From: an uncultured Halobacteriales archaeon
Lineage (GTDB): Archaea > Halobacteriota > Halobacteria > Halobacteriales > Haloarculaceae
Assembly: GCA_964383875.1 (NCBI GenBank)
Contig: CAYLJD010000001.1
Location: forward strand, 3,299-67,298
Direction of reading: 5' to 3'
DNA: 64,000 nt
Shown here: piece by piece, positions 34,843-44,725 of the stretch
How positions within the stretch are numbered: the first letter of the stretch is position 1
Layout of the letters: each line of letters begins with the position of its first letter
Notes under the pieces: generated by a model
The model's database searches: none
What the model saw: the letters and a program-made list of their open reading frames with translations, nothing else
What the model was told of the DNA's origin: nothing
Translations under genes and position numbers: made by a program

Positions 34843-36123
34843 CTACTCGACGGACGGCTCAGCCGAATCGGATCTGTCGAGCCGAGTCGCCAGCTCCCTG
34901 GCCTCACGGACTCGACTCGGCACACCCATCCGTGCCGTGTAGTTCGTCGCGAGCTCGATGCCCTCGGGCGTGGAGAGCGTCTCCAGCCCGTCCCACGAAC
35001 CGTCCCACGCCGGAAAACCACGTTCGAGCCGCTGAACGTCGAGGACTGTCGCCGTCGCACCGGTCACGCGTTCGAACTCCCGGCTGGCAATGTCACCGAG
35101 ACGGTCCGGCGGCTCCTGGACGAGGTCGGGTTCGTGCATCCCGCCGAGAAACGCCGTATAGAGGTCATCGCGGCCGAACAGGCTCGCGTTCCAGGTGACA
35201 CCAAGCGTGTGGAGATCCTCGCCGTATCCGACCTGATAGCCCATGCCCGGCTTCGCGAGCTCGGACTGGAGAAAGACCAGTGCAAGTGGGTTGTACGTGA
35301 GCGAACGGAGTCCTTCGACGCCGGTGGCCAGGTCCTCGAGGAGCGCTGCCGTGTCCGGCGCCGGTGCAGTCACGACGACCCGGTCGACGGTTTCGTCCCC
35401 GTCGGGAGTTTCGATCGCCCACCCGTCCCGCGTCATCGCCAAACCGGTCGCCGGCGTTCCGAGCCGGACGCGGTCTGCGTATCGGTCCGCCAGCGCCCGC
35501 GGAAGTGTCTGAAGGCCCCCCTCGAAGGACAGTGGGGGAAACTGTCGACCCTGTCCCATCTGCCGGGCGAGGGCCCGCAAGAGACTGTGCAGCTCGCGTT
35601 CCCGGTCAAGTAGTCGCGACAATGCGTGGCGTGCCGGCATCGCCGCGGGATCGGACCCGTAGATGCCCCCGTAGAGTGGCCCGAAGAGGTTCCGGTACGC
35701 CTCGTCCCCGAACTTTCGCCGGAAGATTGCGGCAACGGATTCGTCCGGTCGACCGCGCCGAGTCAGGGGTTCCGCGAGCAGGCGGAGTTTTCCCTGCCAC
35801 GAGAGCAGATCGGTCCGGCGGAGCCCGCCCGGGGCGAAGGGAACCTCGCTGAGCGAGCCATCAGCGTAGACGTACAGCGGGAGGTCGGGAGACTCGATCG
35901 CCGATCCCTCGAGGTCGCACGCAGCAATCAGTTCGTCGATCGCCGGCGTGCGCCGGATTCGCTGTGGACCGCGCTCAGTGACGACACCGTCGATGCGTTC
36001 CGAGTCGATGACGCCACCGGGTTCGTCGGCCGCCTCCATCGTGACGCACTCGACGCCTTGCTCGGCCAAGTGGTGCGTGAGTGCGAGGCCGGTGATGCCG
36101 GCGCCGACGATGCCGACCCGCAC
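34843..36123 (-). CDS. hemY: FAD-dependent protoporphyrinogen/coproporphyrinogen III oxidase (HemY/CgoX family)
   Basis: The GTG start gives (M)RVGIVGAGITGLALTHHL, a dinucleotide-binding fold, followed by EAADEPGGVI. Length and motifs are HemY-like. It lies immediately upstream of the ferrochelatase gene (stop and start 4 nt apart). Confidence 0.8.
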   Translation of the reverse strand: MRVGIVGAGITGLALTHHLAEQGVECVTMEAADEPGGVIDSERIDGVVTERGPQRIRRTPAIDELIAACDLEGSAIESPDLPLYVYADGSLSEVPFAPGGLRRTDLLSWQGKLRLLAEPLTRRGRPDESVAAIFRRKFGDEAYRNLFGPLYGGIYGSDPAAMPARHALSRLLDRERELHSLLRALARQMGQGRQFPPLSFEGGLQTLPRALADRYADRVRLGTPATGLAMTRDGWAIETPDGDETVDRVVVTAPAPDTAALLEDLATGVEGLRSLTYNPLALVFLQSELAKPGMGYQVGYGEDLHTLGVTWNASLFGRDDLYTAFLGGMHEPDLVQEPPDRLGDIASREFERVTGATATVLDVQRLERGFPAWDGSWDGLETLSTPEGIELATNYTARMGVPSRVREARELATRLDRSDSAEPSVE

Positions 36124-36126
36124 GGC

Positions 36127-37158
36127 TCACCCACCGCGGGCCGCGTTGAGACACACAGTTCCAGGGCGATCACGACACTGGCACTGCCGGAGCTGATAGT
36201 AGCCGGGGTCGAAATTCGCCAGGAACGGCTCGAGCAGGTCGGCGAAGACATCCGTGAGACGGTCGTCGTCGTGGGGGATCGGGACGCGGTGGAAGGTGAT
36301 GTCAGCCGTCTCTGCCACTTCACGGACGTCTACGTCGAGCTCGTACAGCGTTTCGCTTTGCTCGTGGAGGAAGCTGACCGGTTCGATAACGACCCGGTCG
36401 GCATCGAGCTCGGGGAGGAGATCCTCGACTGTGGGTTCCGTCCACGGAATGTCGCGGTTCTCGTGGTTCTGGTACCCGACAGCGTAGTCGTCGACTCCGA
36501 GCAGCGATGCCTGTACGGAGCTGTACTCCTCGACGTAGACGTCGTACCGACTGCCGGCCTCGAGGTAGTGGACGGGCGTCCCGTGTGCCGAGAATACGAG
36601 CGTCGTGTTGGGGGCCGCCAAATCGATGTCTCGCTCGGCGGCGAAGTGGGCAATATTGTCGGCCCGAAGCCGGGTGTAGCCGGGATGACGGTGCCACCCG
36701 GTGACTTCCTGTACCGGGACCCGGTCGGAGACAGCCTCAGACATGGTTTCGAGGGCGGCAACCGTCGTCGAGGGGCCACACAACGGATAGACCGGCAGCC
36801 CCACCAGCCGATCAGCCCCGTCGTCGATGGCGGCCTCGACGGCGTCGTCGATGAACGGCTCAGTGTACTGCATCCCGACGTAGGTTCGAGCAGCGTAGCC
36901 GCCGCTCCGCAAATGCTGCTCGAGTGCCTCCGCCTGCGAGGCTGCTTGCTCGCCCAACGGCGAGCCACCGATCGCCTCGTATTCATCGATGAGCGTCGGG
37001 GCCCGCCGCTCGGCGAGGTCCCGAGCCCGCTGTCGCGGATCGGTCGCGTCCTCGAGATCGGCATTCGCAAGAAAAATGCGCTCAAGGTAGTCAACGACCG
37101 CCGACCGCTCGGGTTCGTGCGGCTCGCCGAAGTTGAGCAGGACGACCCCTGTGGTCAT
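36127..37158 (-). CDS. hemH: ferrochelatase (HemH/CpfC-like) with Cys-rich C-terminal tail
   Basis: Starts at ATG 37158 (MTTGVVLLNFGEP). It has ferrochelatase motifs (YEAIGGSPL, MQYTEPFI, FSAHGTP, GYQNHENRDIPWTEP, SFLHEQSETLYELD). The tail reads QCQCRDRPGTVC. Confidence 0.88.
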   Translation of the reverse strand: MTTGVVLLNFGEPHEPERSAVVDYLERIFLANADLEDATDPRQRARDLAERRAPTLIDEYEAIGGSPLGEQAASQAEALEQHLRSGGYAARTYVGMQYTEPFIDDAVEAAIDDGADRLVGLPVYPLCGPSTTVAALETMSEAVSDRVPVQEVTGWHRHPGYTRLRADNIAHFAAERDIDLAAPNTTLVFSAHGTPVHYLEAGSRYDVYVEEYSSVQASLLGVDDYAVGYQNHENRDIPWTEPTVEDLLPELDADRVVIEPVSFLHEQSETLYELDVDVREVAETADITFHRVPIPHDDDRLTDVFADLLEPFLANFDPGYYQLRQCQCRDRPGTVCLNAARGG

Positions 37159-37248
37159 ATATGGGACTTCGAGTGCCGGCGGGAATAGCTGTCGTTTCAC
37201 GGTAGGCCAGTTCTGGCCACCACCGTTCCGTCGGCTGATCTTGCCCCC

Positions 37249-38799
37249 TCACGTCCGCCAGAACGCGCCGGTGAACAGCACCATGACCGGAATGATCTCC
37301 AGTCTGCCGACCACCATGAGAAACACCATCAGCAACTTCGATGTATCGGGAAAGCCCAGGTAGCTCCCGAACGGCCCGAGCTGGCCGAATCCCGGACCGA
37401 TATTCCCGATAGTCGCCAGACTGGCACTCGCAGCCTCTAACGCGGACAGGCCCATCCCAATCCGGCCCGCGTCAAGGGCGATGACAACGGCACCAACCAT
37501 GAACAGGATCAAGTACAGAAGCGTAAACCCGAGCACGCCACGGACGGCAGCCTCGTCGACGACGTTCCGACCGATGCGAATTGGCGTGATCGCGTCGGGG
37601 TGCGTGGTGGTAAACAGTTCTCGTCGGGCGACCTTGACGACGACGAGCCACCGGACCACCTTGATCCCACCACCGGTCGACCCGGCCGAGCCGCCGATGA
37701 ACATGGCGAAGAGCAACACCATCTGTGCGGCCGTGTCCCACTGGGCGAAATCTGCGGTGGCGAAGCCGGTCGAGTTCAGAAGTGACGCAATCTGGAAAGC
37801 ACCCTGCCGCGCGGCGTTCTCGACGACCCCGGCGGTGACCCCGCCGAGCCGCATCGCCGGTGCGGCGCCAAGGTAGAGGAGTCCTGCAAGGATGGCCGCG
37901 AGCACCGTCGTGGCTCCAATGAACGTGCGAAACTCCCGATCGCCGAGGAAGCTGTCAATGTCACGGTTCAGCAGATACCAGAACAGCGCAAAGTTCGTCC
38001 CCGCCACGAGTATAAATGGGATAAATGCCCACTGCACCACCGGTCCGAAGGCGCCGATGCTGTCGGCCTGCGGTGAGAACCCCCCGGTCGGCAGGGTGGA
38101 AAAGCCGTGAGCGACCGCATTGAACACGTCCATGTTCGGTGCGAGGCCGACCGCGTGAAGAATGACCATGAGAACGACGAACAGGAGAGTGAATGCGAGG
38201 TAGACGAGCCAGAGCACCCGAGCCGTCTCCGCAATCCGGGGTGTGAGCTGTTGGAGTTCAGGTCCTGGCGCCTCTGACTCCATCAACTGGGCCCCATTGA
38301 TAGCGACCTCCGGGAGGATGGCGATCATCAACACGATGATCCCCATGCCACCAAGCCACTGCGTGAGTTGTCGCCAGATGAGCAGCGCGTGGGAATGTCG
38401 ATCTACCGAAATGTCGCCCATGACGGTCGCTCCGGTGGTGGTGAACCCGGACGTCGATTCGAAAATCGCGTTGATCGGGTGTGCCACGGTCGATTCCGTC
38501 CCCACCCCCGCAAGCAGGTACGGCACCGATCCGACGAGCGAGACCGATGTCCACGCCAACGCGACGAGGAGCAGTGCCTCCCGGGGGCCGAGCTCCGTTC
38601 CAGGGTCGAGGCGCTCGAGGCCAAACCCGATGGCTACGAAGATTCCAATCGAGGCGACGAACACGGCCAGGCCCTCGCCGTAGAGCAGGCTGACGACCAC
38701 CGGCACGAGCATGGCGACTGCCAACCACTTGATGACCGTCCCAGTGAGTGCGACGCTCTTTCGCCACTCGACGTAGACGTCGATCACGGTTGTTTCCAC
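37249..38799 (-). CDS. trkH: Trk-type potassium uptake protein, membrane subunit
   Basis: A multi-TM protein with TrkH selectivity-filter-like repeats (SGFTTTGATV, LPTGGFS, STGFATA, GGSAGSTGGGIKV). GTG start at 38799. Confidence 0.9.
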   Translation of the reverse strand: METTVIDVYVEWRKSVALTGTVIKWLAVAMLVPVVVSLLYGEGLAVFVASIGIFVAIGFGLERLDPGTELGPREALLLVALAWTSVSLVGSVPYLLAGVGTESTVAHPINAIFESTSGFTTTGATVMGDISVDRHSHALLIWRQLTQWLGGMGIIVLMIAILPEVAINGAQLMESEAPGPELQQLTPRIAETARVLWLVYLAFTLLFVVLMVILHAVGLAPNMDVFNAVAHGFSTLPTGGFSPQADSIGAFGPVVQWAFIPFILVAGTNFALFWYLLNRDIDSFLGDREFRTFIGATTVLAAILAGLLYLGAAPAMRLGGVTAGVVENAARQGAFQIASLLNSTGFATADFAQWDTAAQMVLLFAMFIGGSAGSTGGGIKVVRWLVVVKVARRELFTTTHPDAITPIRIGRNVVDEAAVRGVLGFTLLYLILFMVGAVVIALDAGRIGMGLSALEAASASLATIGNIGPGFGQLGPFGSYLGFPDTSKLLMVFLMVVGRLEIIPVMVLFTGAFWRT

Positions 38800-38875
38800 C
38801 CGAGCCCGGGTTGCTCGGTCACGTGGCGTCGGAAGCCCGGTCGTCTAAAGAATCCATCGACCCTTCGCCACACGC

Positions 38876-40213
38876 TTACAACATCGATTGCGCCTCGTCG
38901 AGGACCGTCGCGTCGACGAACACGACGACGTGATCCCCCTCCTCAATCACCGTGTCGCCACGCGGCACGACGAGTTCGCCCTCTCGGGTGATGGCACCGA
39001 GAACAATCCCGTCGGGCAGATCGGGCATCGATTCCCGGATCCGCCGGTCTACGAGGACACTCTCCGGGCCGATCTCCAGCTCCAGCACCTCCGCCCGGTC
39101 ACTGCCGATGATCGCGACGTTCTCAGTCCGTCGTTCTCGAGTGAATCGAGTGATCTCCTCTGCGGTCACTCGACGGGGGTTGATCGCGACGTCGACGCCC
39201 ACCTCCTCAAAGAGGTCAACGTACTCGCCGGCGTCCACAATCGCGACGGAGCGCTCGGCGCCCATGCGTTTGGCCAACAGCGAGGCCAGGAGATTCATTT
39301 CGTCATTGCCTCTGGCCGCAATGACGATGTCGACCTCGTCAATGTGCTCCCGTTCGAGAAATCCCCGATCCGTCGGATCGCTCTCGAGGACCGTCGTCCC
39401 GGGCAGCCGTTCGGCGAGGTCTCGGGCTCGTTCCGGGTCGGGTTCGACCAACCGTGGCGTGAGACCTTGTTTCTCGAGGAGCCGAGCCGTCTGGTAGGCG
39501 ATGTCGGTGCCGCCGATGATCATGATCGTCTTTGCCCCATTACCCGCGTGTGGGGCTACTTCGGCCGCCATGTCCCTGACGCTCTCGCGGGAGCCGATCA
39601 CGATCACCTCGTCGTTGGGCTGGATAACGGTCCCCCCAGTTGGAATGACGACGTCGTCCTCTCGGAGCACGGCGACAAACGTCAGCGAGTCGAACCGGTC
39701 GGCCTGTTGGACCGTCTGGCCAGCCATGGGGCTGGATTCGGGGATCTCGAACTCGGCCATCTGAACCGTGCCACCGGCGAAGGTGTCGACGTCCCGCGCA
39801 GCCGGCAACCCACACAACCGAACCGCGGTTGTGGCCGTCAGCAGGTTCGTTCCAACCATGAAGTCGACACCCAGGGCGTCCCCCTTCGCGTTCCGCCACG
39901 TATCCAGGAACTTCGTGTTCTTGACACGCGCGATCGTAAACAGGTCCGAGAGGGTCTTCGCGGTCCCGCAGGTAACGATGTTGGTCTCGTCGTCGTCCGT
40001 GCTGGCGATGAGCATGTCGGCTTCGCCAACTGACGCCTCTGTAAGCGTCTCCACGGTGGCCCCATCGCCGTGAATCGGCAGCAGATCCACCGAGTACGTA
40101 AGCTCGTCGACCCGCTCCGCGTCGATGTCGACCACGACAACGTCGTGGGAGTCCGCGAGACTTTCGGCAATGGTCGAGCCAACCTCGCCCGCACCGACGA
40201 TGATTACCTGCAC
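38876..40213 (-). CDS. trkA: Trk system NAD-binding subunit (tandem RCK/TrkA-N + TrkA-C)
   Basis: Two Rossmann repeats are present (IIVGAGEVG... and IMIIGGTDIAYQ...), each followed by a TrkA-C domain. GTG start at 40213. Confidence 0.9.
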   Translation of the reverse strand: MQVIIVGAGEVGSTIAESLADSHDVVVVDIDAERVDELTYSVDLLPIHGDGATVETLTEASVGEADMLIASTDDDETNIVTCGTAKTLSDLFTIARVKNTKFLDTWRNAKGDALGVDFMVGTNLLTATTAVRLCGLPAARDVDTFAGGTVQMAEFEIPESSPMAGQTVQQADRFDSLTFVAVLREDDVVIPTGGTVIQPNDEVIVIGSRESVRDMAAEVAPHAGNGAKTIMIIGGTDIAYQTARLLEKQGLTPRLVEPDPERARDLAERLPGTTVLESDPTDRGFLEREHIDEVDIVIAARGNDEMNLLASLLAKRMGAERSVAIVDAGEYVDLFEEVGVDVAINPRRVTAEEITRFTRERRTENVAIIGSDRAEVLELEIGPESVLVDRRIRESMPDLPDGIVLGAITREGELVVPRGDTVIEEGDHVVVFVDATVLDEAQSML

Positions 40214-40361
40214 CGGAGGCCCTCCCGACGTCGCATGTCCATACCCTCTCGAGGACGGGGTAAGTGGATTTCCATTCTGCGGCTGACGTGACGCTTAAGA
40301 ACCGGCCGTGAGTGATATCGGCCATGACCCGCCCATCAGCCGACCATTTCCCCGAGTGTCG

Positions 40362-40793
40362 ATGAGCGACCTGCTTGCTCGCGTCTGCCTCCCCGTGGCG
40401 TCCGTCGAGGACGCACAGACATCCTGTGCGGCACTCGTCCGGTACGACCCGGATCACGTCGTTGCCGTTCACGTCATCGAAAAGGCCGGAGGGGCCCCCG
40501 ACAAAGCCAGCATCGAGCAACGGGAAGCGATAGCCACGGAGATTTTCAGTGTCGTTACCGACACCGTCTCGGACATTCCTGTCGAGACGGACCTCCGCTA
40601 CGGGACCGACGTCGCCGAGTCCATCTTCGAAGCGGCCTCGGAGCACAACGCGACAGCCATCGCGTTCACGCCCCGGAGCGGGAGTCGGTGGATCCGTCTC
40701 CTGACCGGCGACGTGGCGATGGCGCTCGTCACCCGTACCGACCGGCCCGTCGTCGTCCTCCCAGACGTGGAAGAACATGGAACGGACACCTAA
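40362..40793 (+). CDS. universal stress protein
   Basis: Starts at ATG 40362 (MSDLLARVCLPV...). It has a USP fold pattern ending in GDVAMALVTRTDRPVVVLP. Confidence 0.7.
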   Translation: MSDLLARVCLPVASVEDAQTSCAALVRYDPDHVVAVHVIEKAGGAPDKASIEQREAIATEIFSVVTDTVSDIPVETDLRYGTDVAESIFEAASEHNATAIAFTPRSGSRWIRLLTGDVAMALVTRTDRPVVVLPDVEEHGTDT

Positions 40794-40835
40794 CTGCCGG
40801 CTGAGAGTCGGGTTCGAACACACGGTGAGGGACTG

Positions 40836-43082
40836 ATGGGGGACGAGGAACTCGCCAAAGATCTCGGGCCGTTGGCGGCACTGACAATCGGTGTCGGCAC
40901 GATGATCGGGGCCGGCATCTTCGTGCTACCCGGCCAGGCAGCCGGCGTCGCGGGGCCGTTAGTCGCGGCTTCGTTCGTCGTGGGTGGCGTCATCTCCCTG
41001 TTTACCGCCCTGTCGGCAAGCGAGCTGGGGACGGCCATGCCCCGGGCAGGAGGAAGTTACTATTACGTCAACCACGCGCTGGGGCCGCTCTTCGGTTCGA
41101 TCGCGGGCCTCGGGAACTGGATCGGACTTGCGTTCGCCTCGGCCTTCTACATGCTTGGATTCGGCAGTTTCCTCATCGAGCTCGTGTCCCTCCCGACCCT
41201 CGACCTCGGCCTGCTCGTCCTCGGTGAGACGCAGGTCGCCGGCCTCATCGCCGGGAGTGCGTTCGTCGTCGTCAACTACATCGGTGCCAAGGAGACTGGC
41301 CGTCTCCAGAATGCGATCGTTCTCACTCTCGTTGCGATCCTGACAGTCTTCGCGATACTCGGCGCGCTCTCGGCCGACCTCTCGACGTTGTCGCCGATCG
41401 CCCCCAACGGGATTGGTTCCCTGCTGCCCGGCACGGCCCTCGTGTTCGTCTCCTTCCTCGGGTTTGCAAAAATCACGACCGTCGCCGAAGAGATCAAGAA
41501 CCCGGGCCGCAATCTACCGCTGGCCGTCGTCGGATCCGTGGTGATCGTGACCATCATGTACGCCATCATCATGGTGGTGCTGATGGGGGTGGTCAACTGG
41601 GAGGCGCTCGCTGCGTCGTCGAGTCCGGTCATCGACGTCGCCGAAGTGGCGTTCGGGAACGTGCTCGGGCTGGCGTCGGTCGGCGGCGCGTTAATCCTGT
41701 TTGCCGGGCTGCTGGCGACGGCCTCCTCGGCCAACGCCTCGATCCTCGCCTCCTCCCGGATCAACTTCGCCATGGGCCGGGACAAGCTGGTCACGGCATG
41801 GCTCAACGAGATTCACGAGCGGTTCGCGACACCCTATCGGTCCATCGCGATCACCGGGACGCTGATCCTGCTGTTCATCGCTGTCGGGAACGTCGAAACC
41901 CTCGCGAAAGCGGGCAGCGTTCTCCATCTCGTCGTCTACGGCCTGATGAACGTGGCGTTGATCGTCATGCGGGTCGCCGACCGTCCGGAGTACGACCCGG
42001 CGTTCACCGTTCCGTTGTATCCGATGACCCCAATCCTGGGTGCGATTCTCTCGTTCGGGCTGATCGCCTTCATGGACCCGATCGAGATCGGACTGGCAAC
42101 CGGTTTCGTCGTCGCCGGCGTGGTCTGGTACTTCGTCTACGCCCGCCGGTATGCAACGAAGCAGGGTATCCTCGGCCAGTATGTCCTCTCGCGAGCCGAA
42201 CAACTGCCGGAGGCGGCCGTGTCCGCCGCAACGACGGTCCAACCTGACGGGGGCACCTACAGAGTCATGGTCCCGCTGGCTAATCCGGCCCACGAACACG
42301 ACCTCATCAGACTGGCCGCATCGATCGCGAAGCAGCGAAACGGGACCGTCGTCGCGACCCACATTGTGACGGTTCCAGACCAAACGGCACTCGCGAGTGC
42401 GGCCGAGTACGCCGACGAACTCGACGAAACGTCTCAAGAACTTCTCGACTCGGCCCGGGCCAACGCGGAGACGCTCGACGTGCCCGTGGAGACTCACACC
42501 ATCATCTCCCACCGGAGCTTCGAGGAGATTTTCGACGCCGCCCGCACATACGACGCCGACCTTGTGGTCATGGGATGGGGGAGTGACGCCCACGGATCCC
42601 CGGGTCGAGCCGAGTCGGCCGTTGACGAGGTAGTCGGGTCCGTCCCGTGTGACTTCCTCGTCCTCCGTAACCGGGGTTTCGATCCGTCACGGATCCTCGT
42701 GCCGACAGCCGGTGGCCCGGACTCGGATCTGAGTGGAGAGATCGCACGCCTGCTCGCCGCGGAGTACGGATCCGACGTCACGGTGCTCACCGTGAGAGGG
42801 GACGAACCGTCGGACGACGCCGAGCGCTTCCTGACCGAGTGGGCCAAAGACCGCGATCTCGACCACGCCGAGTTGCGCGTCGAAAGCGGCGACGTGGAGG
42901 CCGCCATCGAGCGTGTGGCCACTGAACATACGCTCCTCATCGTCGGGGCCACCGAACGCGGTCTCCTCTCCAGGCTCGTCACCGGCTCGCTGGTCATGGA
43001 CGTCGTCGAGGACGTCGAGTGTTCGGTCATCCTGGCGGAGAAACACCGCACACGGTCGCTCTGGCAGACGCTGTTCGGATAA
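40836..43082 (+). CDS. APC-superfamily amino acid permease fused to two C-terminal USP domains
   Basis: The N-terminus ALTIGVGTMIGAGIFVLPG and about 12 TM helices match the APC family. The C-terminal 300 aa carry two USP-like repeats (YRVMVPLANPAHEH...LVVMGW; ILVPTAGGPDSDL...LLIVGATERG). Confidence 0.85.
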   Translation: MGDEELAKDLGPLAALTIGVGTMIGAGIFVLPGQAAGVAGPLVAASFVVGGVISLFTALSASELGTAMPRAGGSYYYVNHALGPLFGSIAGLGNWIGLAFASAFYMLGFGSFLIELVSLPTLDLGLLVLGETQVAGLIAGSAFVVVNYIGAKETGRLQNAIVLTLVAILTVFAILGALSADLSTLSPIAPNGIGSLLPGTALVFVSFLGFAKITTVAEEIKNPGRNLPLAVVGSVVIVTIMYAIIMVVLMGVVNWEALAASSSPVIDVAEVAFGNVLGLASVGGALILFAGLLATASSANASILASSRINFAMGRDKLVTAWLNEIHERFATPYRSIAITGTLILLFIAVGNVETLAKAGSVLHLVVYGLMNVALIVMRVADRPEYDPAFTVPLYPMTPILGAILSFGLIAFMDPIEIGLATGFVVAGVVWYFVYARRYATKQGILGQYVLSRAEQLPEAAVSAATTVQPDGGTYRVMVPLANPAHEHDLIRLAASIAKQRNGTVVATHIVTVPDQTALASAAEYADELDETSQELLDSARANAETLDVPVETHTIISHRSFEEIFDAARTYDADLVVMGWGSDAHGSPGRAESAVDEVVGSVPCDFLVLRNRGFDPSRILVPTAGGPDSDLSGEIARLLAAEYGSDVTVLTVRGDEPSDDAERFLTEWAKDRDLDHAELRVESGDVEAAIERVATEHTLLIVGATERGLLSRLVTGSLVMDVVEDVECSVILAEKHRTRSLWQTLFG

Positions 43083-43125
43083 CCCGACCCACGACGTTTT
43101 CAGCGTCGGGAGCGATACGCTGGCA

Positions 43126-43734
43126 ATGGCACTGCGCGGACGGCCGACAATCGAGACCCTCATCGTCCTCTTTGCGGTCTTCGCCGTCCAGCTGGTCGCG
43201 ACCATCGCGGGCTGGCGCCTCCCGCTCGTTTTGGCCGCCCCGCTCACAGTCGAGCCGTGGACGATCGCCACGAGCGTCTATGCGCACGTCGGCCTCGGCC
43301 ACCTCCTCGCCAATGCACTCGGTCTCGCCATTCTCGGCCCGCTCGTCGCCAGACGAACCTCGCGCTGGGGGTTCCACGGCTACTTCCTCGGCACGGGTGC
43401 CAGTGCCGGCATCGCCGAGGTCACGCTCGGCGGCTTGATCGGACAGCCGACGGCCGTGGTGGGTGCGAGCGGGGCCGTCTTCGCCCTCCTTGGGTACCTT
43501 CTGGCTGGGAACGTCGTCTCGACGGTCCTCCTCGATCGCATCAACCTCTCACGCCGAACACAGTTGGTTGTCATCGTGGTCGTGGCAGTGCTGCTCACCC
43601 TCGCGACGGCCGGCTCACGCTCGGCACTGTTCGGGCACGCCACCGGTCTCACGCTGGGGTTGATCGCCGGCCGGATGCGCATCCTGGACCGTCCCGCCGC
43701 CGGGACCAACCGAATCGTGTCCGGCCGAAACTGA
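43126..43734 (+). CDS. rhomboid family intramembrane serine protease
   Basis: Starts at ATG 43126. It has the HxxxN-type motif (HVGLGHLLANAL), the catalytic GASGAVFALLG and a later His (FGHATG). Confidence 0.8.
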   Translation: MALRGRPTIETLIVLFAVFAVQLVATIAGWRLPLVLAAPLTVEPWTIATSVYAHVGLGHLLANALGLAILGPLVARRTSRWGFHGYFLGTGASAGIAEVTLGGLIGQPTAVVGASGAVFALLGYLLAGNVVSTVLLDRINLSRRTQLVVIVVVAVLLTLATAGSRSALFGHATGLTLGLIAGRMRILDRPAAGTNRIVSGRN

Positions 43735-43757
43735 CCACGAGTCCGTGTCTGGACGCC

Positions 43758-44651
43758 TCACCCGACCTCGGTCTTGGTGGTGTCGAGTCCGTCGGTCAGC
43801 TCGTCCCACCGCTCGGCGAGTTCGTCGGCTGTCCACGGCTCCTCGACAGCGAGATCCTTCGAGAGCGTCCGTTCACGTTCCGGATCGGAGATGAAGCTGA
43901 GGTCACCCCCGCCGAGACCGACGGTACACCCGGTGACGTCTGTCGCCAGATCGCTGGCGAAAAAGACGGGTACGGGTGTCACGAGGTGCGGCCCGAATTC
44001 GTCCTCGGGGCGATCGCCGATCCCGGGCAGCCCATCGGTCATGCGGGTGAGCGCGGCCGGCCACATGGCATTGACGCGCACGTCGTACTGGTAGAGCTCC
44101 CTGGCTGCCGTCCGCATCAGCCCGAGGATGCCCGCCTTCGCCGCAGCGTAGTTCGTCTGCCCGGGGTGGCCCGCCGCGGCGCCCGACGAGATACACAGAA
44201 ACGAGCGTTGCCGATCGAACCCCTCGTCCTTGTATCGCTGGCGCCAGTGGCGCGACGCGTTGTGCAGCAGCGCGTAGTGGCCCTTCAGGTGGACGTCGAT
44301 GACGGTATCCCAGTCAGCCTCCGACATGTTGAAGACCATCCGGTCGCGGAGCACGCCAGCGAAGTTCGCCACAGAGTGGACGGCGCCAAACCGGTCGACT
44401 GTCTCCGCGATCAACTCCTCCGTGTAGTCCACGTCGGTGACGTCGCCGAAGTGGGCCACCGCCTCGCCACCGGCCGCCTCGATACGGTCGACCGTCTCCT
44501 GGGCAGGATCCTCGTCGGGATCGCCGCCGGTGACGTCGACGCCCAGGTCGTTCACCACGACCGTCGCGCCGTGCTCGGCCATCGCGACGGCTGCCTCTTC
44601 GCCGATGCCGTGTCCGGCCCCACAGACAATGCAGACTGTCTCCTCGAGCAT
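43758..44651 (-). CDS. SDR family oxidoreductase
   Basis: ATG 44651 (MLEETVCIVCGAGHGIGEE) is preferred over the track's TTG at 44684. It has a TGxxxGxG-like glycine motif and the catalytic YAAAK. Confidence 0.8.
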   Translation of the reverse strand: MLEETVCIVCGAGHGIGEEAAVAMAEHGATVVVNDLGVDVTGGDPDEDPAQETVDRIEAAGGEAVAHFGDVTDVDYTEELIAETVDRFGAVHSVANFAGVLRDRMVFNMSEADWDTVIDVHLKGHYALLHNASRHWRQRYKDEGFDRQRSFLCISSGAAAGHPGQTNYAAAKAGILGLMRTAARELYQYDVRVNAMWPAALTRMTDGLPGIGDRPEDEFGPHLVTPVPVFFASDLATDVTGCTVGLGGGDLSFISDPERERTLSKDLAVEEPWTADELAERWDELTDGLDTTKTEVG

Positions 44652-44725
44652 TGTACCGTCACGCCGTACCGACCCATCCGTCAATAGCCTACCGGATTCC
44701 GGCCTGCCGGTGGCGTGGTTACACC

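Noticed and set aside
33534-35060. 508-aa ORF on the minus strand covering the hemE region
   Set aside because: It lies antisense to a gene with unmistakable HemE motifs. Its translation is Arg/Pro/Ser-rich and basic, which is the typical shadow ORF of a high-GC genome.
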